In this document: piece after piece, positions 9,501-16,071 of the stretch
Numbering within the stretch: the stretch's first letter is position 1
Layout of the letters: each line of letters opens with the position of its first letter
Virus record (IMG/VR): IMGVR_UViG_3300010054_000044
Location: 1 to 52,438 of that record
Length of the DNA stretch: 52,438 nucleotides
Direction: 5' to 3' (one strand)
Source: a virus
Lineage: Duplodnaviria; Caudoviricetes
Notes under the pieces: generated by a model
Database searches by the model: none
Told to the model about the DNA's origin: nothing
What the model saw: only the letters and a program-made list of their open reading frames with translations
Made by a program: the position numbers and the translations under genes

Positions 9501-11957
9501 TTGTTCGTAGGCCGTCATGCCTGCCACTTGGCTTTCGTTAGCGCGGCGGGCGAAGTCGGCACGGTCAACGTTAGTGATGCGCTCGCGCACCAAGACCGGC
9601 TGCTGCATTTCATCGACGGCGCTGGGGTCAATGCCCTGGCGCTGGGCTTCGGCGCGCACGAACTCGCGGTAGCGCTGGGCTTGCGGGCTGTTCTGACCGT
9701 AGGCGGTGGTAATCGCCATGGTGCGGCCGTTGCCGGATTCCACTACGCCGTCGCTGCCGATAATCGGCGCACCGGTACCGGCGTCGTTGCTGCTGCCTAA
9801 GCGCTCCGGGTTCAGGCGGGCGGCGATGTTGCGCACTTGCACTTGGCTGTTCGCGTTTGTGCGGTCGCGGGGCTGTAGCTCCTGAGGGTAGCGTTGATTG
9901 ACGCGGCCATCAGGGGAGTTGGAAGCGGTTAGCTCTGACGCTTCGACGACGCGGAAGCGGGTTCGGATTGGCGTGTTGTCGGGCAGGTAAGTGGTTTGGC
10001 CGCGGCCACGGGTGCGAGCAAGCTGAGCAACACGCTCGGCGCTCTCTTGCTGCCGTGGGCGCTGCCCCTCTACCGCATTGCGTGCGCCTGTATCGGTGAA
10101 GCGTGCGCGCTCGAAAGACTGATCAAGGCCGTTATTGGCGTTTCCTGCGATTGGACCTTCACCGTAAATCACGTTATCACGGCCAAGGCTGCGGCGGTTG
10201 AGCGTGTCGGCCTGCTCCTGCTGAGTGCGCTGGCGGGCTTCAAACTGCTGGGGTGATTCGCCGCGAATGCTGTCACCGGTGCCGGGTGGTAATCGACCCA
10301 TGCCGCCACCAAGCAGGCCTGCCACCGGCTGCGGCTGCTCTGGGTCGGCCAGCTCGCCTTCCATCGGGCGTTCGCGGGTGCCAGTGGTGCGTAGGGCGCT
10401 GCGAAGGTTATTGGCGATATTCTCGGCGCGCTCCATGAGACGACTGGCTTGCTCAACATTGCCCGCTTCCAACGCAGCCTCTGCTCGCTCGGTAATCATC
10501 CGCATGTTGCGTAAGCGGGTACCGCCTTCAAAGCTAGAGCCTCGCGCTAAGGCTTGCAGGTCGTCGGCATCAGCCATGCCACGTTGTATGCGCAAACCCG
10601 TCTCGCTCGCCTGTTGCTGGCGTTGCGCTTGAGCTTCGGGAGACCGCTCAGCGGCTTGCTGTTCGCCTTGGGCCTGCTGTTCAGCGCCCAGCCCTGCCGT
10701 GGCTTGATCGAGGGCGTCGCCACCTTGGGCGGCGGCTTGCTCACGAGCTTGAGTAATGCTTTCTTGCGTGCGTGGCCGCCCTGCCAACGCACCGGTACCA
10801 CCGCCCATCACGCCGCCAATAAAGCCTTCTGACAGACCCGCAGCCGCCACACCTTCCATCGGGTTGCGGTTCGGGTCAGCGCCAATCTCGGCGACGGCAC
10901 TGTTAATACTGTACTGCCCCATGCCGCCCTGTCCGGTCTCCGCTGTGCCCTGAACAGCGGCCTGACGCACGGCAGCGCCCAGACGGCCGCCGCCAGCGCG
11001 GGTTCCTTTGGTGACCAGGTCATCCAGCACCTTGCCGCCATAACCGCCGAGTACGCCAGTGGTCAGCAGTAGCGCAGGGTCGCGCATTACTAGACTTTTC
11101 GCGCCTTGGCCGAGCTGCTCGCGGGCTTGCTGGCGTAGCTCGTCAACGCTGGCGTTGGGATTTTCATCGGCTAGCTGCCAGTACGTCTCTGCGAACGCCT
11201 GCGACTGGTCCAGCTCCTCGTCGGGCATGGCGAGGATTTCTTGATAGGCGCCGTCAGCAATCTGGCCGGTGTTCACGGCGGTTTCTACCGCGCCGTAGGT
11301 GCCAAGCTTTACGCCATCAGCCGTGCGTGAAGAGGCGAAGTCGCGCATTGCCTGCACGGCGGCGGCTTGCTGGCCTGCTTCGTCCAGCCCTTGGCGCGCT
11401 GCGTTGCGCCGTGCTGTGCGGCCAATCACTTTGCCGGTCAGGCTAAGGCCTACTCGTGAGCCACCGCCCGCCAAGCCGCCGGATGCTACCGCCTCGCCTG
11501 CTAAGCTGGCGGTTTGAAGTGCGATAGTGAGAGGGTTAGCGCCTTCGCCAAGTTTAAAATCCCACAAGCCAGAGCCAGTGCTTTCAAAGATTTGCTGCTG
11601 AATGGCGTCAGCCGCACGCGGGCTCATCTGCTCTAGCTGGCTGGCAGCACCTTCTCGGCCAAAATTGCCTAGGCCACGGCCAACGCCGGTGTATTCGTAG
11701 GAGAAGTCGCCCAGGCCTTGCGCGACGTTGTACGCGCCCATTTGCCCAGCGTCGACAAGATCGCCTACAAAGCCAGCTATGGTTTCGCTATTGCGGCCGC
11801 TGGTATCGGCAGACGGTGCGCCGGTTACCAACGCCTCAAACTGCTCGTCGCTATACGCACGAAACTCAGGTTGAACACGCAGGGTTTGTTTTAAGGTTTC
11901 GTCATCGACGTTACGGAGGGCGGGCGCCTGAGCGCGCAGGTTGTCTAGCAGTGACAT
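3594..11957 (-). CDS. Giant polyvalent virion/ejection protein (ddrB-ParB-like, LPD5, LPD1, zincin-like HExxxH, LPD38)
   Basis: ~2790 aa; YPQELQPRDR/ESGNGR, IEDFGEKIAGARKD, FRGVQFGNY/AHEWFHALD/EMAARAFE, HEAVGH, IPKPFEVG; GGGAG RBS before ATG 11957. Confidence 0.8.
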   Translation of the reverse strand: MSLLDNLRAQAPALRNVDDETLKQTLRVQPEFRAYSDEQFEALVTGAPSADTSGRNSETIAGFVGDLVDAGQMGAYNVAQGLGDFSYEYTGVGRGLGNFGREGAASQLEQMSPRAADAIQQQIFESTGSGLWDFKLGEGANPLTIALQTASLAGEAVASGGLAGGGSRVGLSLTGKVIGRTARRNAARQGLDEAGQQAAAVQAMRDFASSRTADGVKLGTYGAVETAVNTGQIADGAYQEILAMPDEELDQSQAFAETYWQLADENPNASVDELRQQAREQLGQGAKSLVMRDPALLLTTGVLGGYGGKVLDDLVTKGTRAGGGRLGAAVRQAAVQGTAETGQGGMGQYSINSAVAEIGADPNRNPMEGVAAAGLSEGFIGGVMGGGTGALAGRPRTQESITQAREQAAAQGGDALDQATAGLGAEQQAQGEQQAAERSPEAQAQRQQQASETGLRIQRGMADADDLQALARGSSFEGGTRLRNMRMITERAEAALEAGNVEQASRLMERAENIANNLRSALRTTGTRERPMEGELADPEQPQPVAGLLGGGMGRLPPGTGDSIRGESPQQFEARQRTQQEQADTLNRRSLGRDNVIYGEGPIAGNANNGLDQSFERARFTDTGARNAVEGQRPRQQESAERVAQLARTRGRGQTTYLPDNTPIRTRFRVVEASELTASNSPDGRVNQRYPQELQPRDRTNANSQVQVRNIAARLNPERLGSSNDAGTGAPIIGSDGVVESGNGRTMAITTAYGQNSPQAQRYREFVRAEAQRQGIDPSAVDEMQQPVLVRERITNVDRADFARRANESQVAGMTAYEQAQSDADSLTADDLQAWQPDESGDPLAATNRGFQRGFVQRLGNNEASRYTTRDGQATPELGQRMQRAVFAAAYQDPDMVEMVTEQAENMRNLAAGLQAAAADLAVARETGSRDALDAIGTINDAVRLVRRSRQDGISVRELTRQTDAFSDPVPETTALLAIAINNNMRSRQAMTAAFGYIGRAVRSRAEGEANGALFADDTTNQDIFDAGFQGQNQNQRTQQRPPERDVQPGTQRREQGAERQGQAEPAQRPPAEQQAQEVDDEPLLSTYTEQELAEREQAQQQAEEAEASQQREQAQRAQADREAVDFNLTGSNRTADVAAARGQQDLTESPPETNQVENTEATDSAPQAERIEDFGEKIAGARKDQVNQVLSGLNSEVTDATTLSEAFPAPNYTKLIEEGVDPRAAAFVAVMRAQIPAKPRKAFRLQQWMKGLTMAQDVARRVLDGSLSIDDMMDRVRSREYKQLEGALRTAELIAPLKPSLYAKASKWNVDARSGYSMFNGEKVSPNTTFYRLKDERGRDTGIWATDFDEMRDKAANVLSRAIEGDNAKPKSKLTPVSVYRDRSTGERFIAFKAGSRVIRLQGGFDSPSAAADYVAENRDAIQQQIDAMRAGPRMRRDTNAPREGVELREGDVTPDDFQEAFGFRGVQFGNYVEGQRRQADLNRAYDALMDLSSMLGVPPKAMSLDGTLGLAFGARGKGGKRSAAAHYEPGQVVINLTKTEGAGSLAHEWFHALDNFIPHGQGTDAMQTELMTDGPARAELAERWREMRQALKDSGFEKRSREFDAPRSKAYFGTPVEMAARAFERYTRDKLEAQGIRNDYLVNISSDPEGPYPNDQEIKSIGPAFDRLMGTLEHRETARGVQLYSLNPGSEALRPAPRAEDIRDALASSPELSGVTVIQSATELPAQSIMMMALQGVNPRDVRGLFVGDQLYVIADNVDDVQEGVRTAVHEAVGHKGMRAVLGEDLDRVMLNLYRNLPNSKEGRDALREVRRDYPFLDPENRKDRITIAEEMVAHLLEKGHRPKAWQRAVAKIRELLRQLFPSVAWTYTDALALGEQSREYLRKQQAENQSDDDQRYALRSKQRANFEDAFSDFTDADRAAAAKIGSRTPPQRAVAWFKEKADRAGLKIRQGMVDRYAALKEMDERLYGETALGENIQRSSWVLARMSNAANGALHAMLHNGRIKLNRQERIIEMQDGDAKGLGEVLGRLGSAAEIERFMGWIAGNRAARLAQDGRENLFDVGDINAMQAWNRGQTEDGRSRQQLYKEVFDEFQQYRDDVLAVAEQSGIITSEQREMWGEEFYVPFYRLAEDDQQVSGMMATSGLSRQQAYKRLKGGTQNLNDLLQNTMMNFHHLLDASLKNQAAAQAIENAKKLGMAERVPESNRDTKRSTFVMENGQKAFYEIDDPLVFTALTALAHPGMNSMAMKVMRGFKRVFTNLTTTTPQFMIANLIRDSLQASATSDVSKNAFKNVIEGGRSYKDERIRAQMLASGASFNFGHLYGNNPDELRAQLTRNMRNAKLVNGPSMVPSVLRAGWTWWNDVNNATENLNRAAIYSQNRDKGALRAAFESRDLIDFSAHGAWPAVRILIDIVPFLNARIQGLDKIYRSGMKPGASVLAEAFGKGKANVTDKQAAARFWTVTGAVTLATIALYLHNQDDEEYQKLEDWQKDTYWFMRFGDQAFFIPKPFEVGAMATLAERMTEQFVDDKATGKLFAQRLGHMMTDTFSFSPVPQMMQPALDIYANYDAFTGRPIEGMGMERLSPELRRRANTSKAAEWISGALNSTVGAIGDPDKNPLALSPVQVDHLIGGYFGQVGTWVASSADVAWRAATGVENPAQRWYEYQPVRRFYRNLGDEDRYTKYGTIFYEGLREANRAYSDAKELREMGRLADAAEVATNKRDMLALRLPLNRAQRRLNTINQQIDIIRRSNLDGEVKRQRIDRLNAVKNQIQRALGEQVQEARAR

Positions 11958-12039
11958 AGTGGCGTTGTCTCCCGACAAGGCTAGGTAGGCGCTAAGCGAA
12001 GGCGGCGAGGTTCCGCCACGACCGCTTAGCGGGCTTTCT

Positions 12040-13095
12040 TTAGCGTGTTACGCCTGCTTCATAAAGCGCATCAAGGGCGCGTTTCAGCATGGCTTTTCGC
12101 TGTGGGTCTGATTCTTGATTATACGCGGCACTAACGCGCTCTAACACTACTTGCGCGGCTTCGCGCTCGGCTTCGGTGTCAATGCCGCCTTGCGTGGCGC
12201 TGTTGATTAAGCCGCCGCGCTGAAAACCGCCGCCAAGCTGGTCAGGAATAGTGATCCGCCCAGCGATGCGGCGCGCTTCGGCAGCCAGTTCTTGCACGGC
12301 GTCGTCGGCCTCTTGGTCGGCTTGTTGAGCGGAGTCTGCCTCTTGGCGTGCGCCCATATAGCCTTCTGCGGTATTGGGGCGCGGCGGCGGTGCACTGCGA
12401 GGCGGCGCGCTTTCTGGCGGTGCTGCCTGTTCTTCGGGTACGGCGTCGGGGTCGATGCCTAGCTGCTCTGTTAGCCGGGTCGCTAAATCGCCGCCGCCAG
12501 CGCTTGTGCCTAGCAGCCGCTCCATCTGCGCATTGATCTCGCCCAGCCGCGCCGCCTGCTGGTCGCTGAGCTGGCCCATGCTGGATTCCATGATACTAGT
12601 GCGCTCATCGGCCAACGTTTCGATGGTGAGCTTTTCGCGCTCAGTTAGCTCGCTGCCGCCAAAGCTTACGCCTTCTGGCAGGTTAGCTTCGCGGTAGTTG
12701 TTCGTCACCGGGTCGTACTGGATATAGCCGCCGTTGCCGTCGGGCACCATCTGCCATTGCGGGCGCTGCTCACGGCTGGCGGCAATTTGTGCGGCACTGC
12801 GCCGATTCGCTCCGGCTTCGCGCATTTGGAGTAGCCCGACTTGCTGCTGATAGCCCACGTCCCGGTCTTCCACGGCATGGCCGCGCAGTCGCTCGTAGTC
12901 TTCCAACTGCCACTGTCGATCTTCGGCGCGTATTGCGTCTTGCCGCTGCGCCTGCCGCTGTTCGCGCTCGCGCTCATACTTCTGCAACCGAGCTTCTTTC
13001 ACCTCGTCGGCTTTGGCGCGGAGCAGGAAGTTGCCCGCGTCGCTCACGCCCTGGCCCAGCCCCATCAAGGCCCCATTGAGTAATCCTGCCATCAC
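12040..13095 (-). CDS. Putative DNA ejection/internal virion protein
   Basis: Gly-rich hydrophobic N-terminus, coiled coil, position in the ejection module. Confidence 0.55.
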   Translation of the reverse strand: MMAGLLNGALMGLGQGVSDAGNFLLRAKADEVKEARLQKYEREREQRQAQRQDAIRAEDRQWQLEDYERLRGHAVEDRDVGYQQQVGLLQMREAGANRRSAAQIAASREQRPQWQMVPDGNGGYIQYDPVTNNYREANLPEGVSFGGSELTEREKLTIETLADERTSIMESSMGQLSDQQAARLGEINAQMERLLGTSAGGGDLATRLTEQLGIDPDAVPEEQAAPPESAPPRSAPPPRPNTAEGYMGARQEADSAQQADQEADDAVQELAAEARRIAGRITIPDQLGGGFQRGGLINSATQGGIDTEAEREAAQVVLERVSAAYNQESDPQRKAMLKRALDALYEAGVTR

Positions 13096-13637
13096 ATGCC
13101 CCCTTGCATTGGTGGTTGTTGGGCGGCTGGCTCTGCTCCTGCCGTCATCCGGTCAAATTCTTCTGGCGGAATAGCATCCATGGCGGCCTGCAGCTGTCGC
13201 GTGTCGTGCCCCATTTCGCCCACGTAGCGGAGAATCATGGATTTCATAGCATTGGCTAGGTCAACGGGGCGCAGGTCCACTCCTGACGCGGCAGCAATAT
13301 CCGCCACTTCGTTCAACATGTTGGCGGCGAGGAGGATAATGAGCTCATCAGGTACTTGGCCTTCAGTGCGTTCGTCGGCGATTTCGGTCATCTGGTAGGC
13401 AATGTCGGCCATCTGGCTGACCGGGTCCTCTGCGTTGATGAGTATGGCGTGAATCTCATCGGCGCTGCCCTGCTCATACAGCGCTGTGTGCGCAAGCTGT
13501 ACGGCGGCTTCAAAGGCGGGATGGCTTTCATCCATGGGTGCGCCTTCACCCTGGGGCATGGGCTTACCCTGCACCGGTTGCGCTGCCTGCGGTGGCGGCT
13601 GCTGCGCCGCCATGCCTTGCTGTAGTAGTCCTGGCAT
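13092..13637 (-). CDS. Hypothetical virion-associated protein
   Basis: GGAGG RBS; ATGA coupling to the next gene. Confidence 0.6.
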   Translation of the reverse strand: MPGLLQQGMAAQQPPPQAAQPVQGKPMPQGEGAPMDESHPAFEAAVQLAHTALYEQGSADEIHAILINAEDPVSQMADIAYQMTEIADERTEGQVPDELIILLAANMLNEVADIAAASGVDLRPVDLANAMKSMILRYVGEMGHDTRQLQAAMDAIPPEEFDRMTAGAEPAAQQPPMQGGM

Positions 13638-13645
13638 GGTGCCTC

Positions 13646-14266
13646 CTAACCCCAGAGCGGGGTACCGACGTTGATGTTGTAGCGCGTGCGCTCGTCGTCG
13701 CTCAGGCTTTCTTCGTACTCGCGCTGCTCTTTAGCGGCTCGCTGCTGTGACATACCGCTCAGCATGTTGCCGCCCACCTGCATAGCCATGGGTAGTGCAT
13801 AAGGGCTGCTCATGGCGCGGGAGAGCAAGCCGCCGCTTCCTTGAGCTACTGTCTGGGTAGCGCCCTGCGTGGCCGCCTGAGTGACGCCCTGCGTTGCACC
13901 ACTTAACAAGCCCTTGCCCGCCCCCTCAGTGGCTACTTGCTCTAGGAATCCACCTGACGATGCGCTGCTTAATCCTGAGCCTGAAATGCCACTGGTCAGG
14001 CCGCCCCAGGCGTTAGAAATGTTGGTCATCGCGCCCGAGAGGCCGCTAGCCCCAGATGCCGCTGCGGCTCCACCTCCTAACATGCCTTGTATGGCGGGTA
14101 CTCCCATAAACATACCGGCAGCGCCTAACGCGATTTTTCCCAGCGGGTTATCCCACACTTTTTTGGCAACCTTGCCCACGCCCTTTACAGCACCCTCAAC
14201 GACATTACCGACGCCTTTGACAACCTTGCCTACGGCGCGTGTGACGCCTTTAATTGCTTTTGACAT
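13646..14266 (-). CDS. Gly/Ala-rich DNA transfer (ejection) protein
   Basis: Amphipathic KGV repeats and Gly/Ala/Ser-rich core as in podovirus small ejection proteins. Confidence 0.55.
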   Translation of the reverse strand: MSKAIKGVTRAVGKVVKGVGNVVEGAVKGVGKVAKKVWDNPLGKIALGAAGMFMGVPAIQGMLGGGAAAASGASGLSGAMTNISNAWGGLTSGISGSGLSSASSGGFLEQVATEGAGKGLLSGATQGVTQAATQGATQTVAQGSGGLLSRAMSSPYALPMAMQVGGNMLSGMSQQRAAKEQREYEESLSDDERTRYNINVGTPLWG

Positions 14267-14709
14267 TATGCACCTCGGATATACATGCGGTTGGTAGAGG
14301 ATCGCGTGAAGCCCAAGCGCTCAATAAAGCGCAGCACCTTGGCGTCGTGACAATCTTCGATTTCAATCAACGCCATTTTGATGCCGCTGCGGCTTTTCAC
14401 CCACTTGGCAAACTCGCGCATCAGCTTGACCCAAGCGCCGGTGTCTGTTGCGTAATGCAACAACACTGAGCATTGGAGCTTATGGAACCAGAAGCCCGGT
14501 ACCACTTGTGCCGCCACTGCGCCGACGATGACGCCGTCTCGCTCAGCGACCATGCAGAAATGCGCAGGCTGTAGGCATAGCTCCGTCATATTCCGCATAG
14601 CATCCCGGTCGATCTTCAGTTCAGGGATAGGGGCAATGGTGGTGACCGATTCCACGGCCAGCTCAACGATGGCCGCCACGTCCTGCGGCTTGGCCTTACG
14701 TATGATCAT
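14266..14709 (-). CDS. GNAT-family acetyltransferase-like protein
   Basis: MIIRKAKPQDVAAI, VAERDGVIVG, FIERLGF; ATGA overlap with upstream stop. Confidence 0.7.
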   Translation of the reverse strand: MIIRKAKPQDVAAIVELAVESVTTIAPIPELKIDRDAMRNMTELCLQPAHFCMVAERDGVIVGAVAAQVVPGFWFHKLQCSVLLHYATDTGAWVKLMREFAKWVKSRSGIKMALIEIEDCHDAKVLRFIERLGFTRSSTNRMYIRGA

Positions 14710-15962
14710 GCAGCCCCCGGCGTGCGCAGCGCAGGCATGGGCGTGTTGTAGAACACCTCCGCCCACGTCAGGTTGGCGTTCGCCATGTCGATAGCGTTCT
14801 TGATGGCGGCCTGCTTGGCGGCAGGTTCCAGGTTCGGGTCGGCCTGAATGGCTTGCACGTTTTGCAGCGTCTGGGCGCTGATATTGGCGGCATAGTTCTG
14901 GGGAATATTGCGCTGGTCAAGCTCATAGGCGTAGCCCATGCGCTGCATTTCATTGTTGAACTGCTGCTGCATGCGGCCCATGTCGAAGCCATAGCCTTGC
15001 TCGTTTAAGCCTCGCTGGTTCTGATAGTTTAGGTTCGCCATGTACGCCTGCTGCTGGCGATCCGCATTGGCCTGGCTGTTCTGGAAGTAGGTGTTAGCGT
15101 CTTGCTGGGCAATCGGAGTGGCACGGTCGATCATCGCCCCTTGAGCCGCTTCGCTCGCCATGCTGCTATTGAGCAGCCCGCGGGCATTGGCGTACTGCCT
15201 ACCCTGCATGGCAGCGCGTTGCATTAACGGGGAGTTACTGGCCAGCATGTCATCCAGCTGGCCTGCGGCGGTTTGGTTGCGGCTGACTGTGGTGCGCGCA
15301 GGGCCAAACTGCTGCGGAGCGGGTGCGCCAGTCACGGTATATAGCCCGCCGTTTTGGCTGCGGTAGAGCGTCTCGCCGTTATCGCCTTGCACAATGGTAA
15401 ACCGCCCATCTTCGACGCCTTGCCTCATTGCATTACTGAGCAGCGCGTAATCCGTCGCATCGCGTGCTTGTGTATTGGCGACGTTGCTGGAGTTGCGGTA
15501 ATTGAAACCGTCTACTTGATCTAGCGCGGAGACGTAAGCGCCGGTGCCGCGCTGTTGGTATATACGTGCTTCATCACTATTCGCAATAGAGTTTCGCACC
15601 CAGTCAAGGCCGCGCTCATTCGCCATTTGGGAGTAATAATCCATCCCGCTTTTATCCAGTGAACGCCCTAAATTGCTTTGATATATGTCGTTAAGCTGGC
15701 TGCTAAGACTGTTACTGGAAGAGGAGCTACTAGATGAAGAGGGAGAACGATAGCTAAGCCCGCTGACACGATCTGACGCCTTAACAGTCGCGGCCTGCTT
15801 AGTGCTTCGATACTTTTTCGCTTCGTCACTGCCAGACAGGGAGTTTTTGACCCAATCTATCCCTTTTTCACTGGCCATTTTTGTGTAGTAGTCCAACCCG
15901 CTTTTATCAGCGCTACGGCCGAGCGTGGACTGAAACAAAGCATTAATGTCGTTTGCCGCCAT
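14706..15962 (-). CDS. Virion protein with two N-terminal DUF4214-like repeats
   Basis: Repeats LFQSTLGRSADKSGLDYY and IYQSNLGRSLDKSGMDYY separated by poly-Ser; ARGLLNSSMA motif. Confidence 0.6.
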   Translation of the reverse strand: MAANDINALFQSTLGRSADKSGLDYYTKMASEKGIDWVKNSLSGSDEAKKYRSTKQAATVKASDRVSGLSYRSPSSSSSSSSSNSLSSQLNDIYQSNLGRSLDKSGMDYYSQMANERGLDWVRNSIANSDEARIYQQRGTGAYVSALDQVDGFNYRNSSNVANTQARDATDYALLSNAMRQGVEDGRFTIVQGDNGETLYRSQNGGLYTVTGAPAPQQFGPARTTVSRNQTAAGQLDDMLASNSPLMQRAAMQGRQYANARGLLNSSMASEAAQGAMIDRATPIAQQDANTYFQNSQANADRQQQAYMANLNYQNQRGLNEQGYGFDMGRMQQQFNNEMQRMGYAYELDQRNIPQNYAANISAQTLQNVQAIQADPNLEPAAKQAAIKNAIDMANANLTWAEVFYNTPMPALRTPGAA

Positions 15963-16071
15963 GAGAAAGCCTCCCGGCTTGCTAGAAACAAAAAAAGCGC
16001 CTAAGCGCTATGGTAGTGAGTCATCAGCTAGGCGGCTATGTGTTGCGAGGCTGCCTAGCGTCGATCATTAT

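Noticed and set aside
3977-11517. Many short ORFs within the giant gene
   Set aside because: Alternate-frame artefacts of high-GC coding sequence
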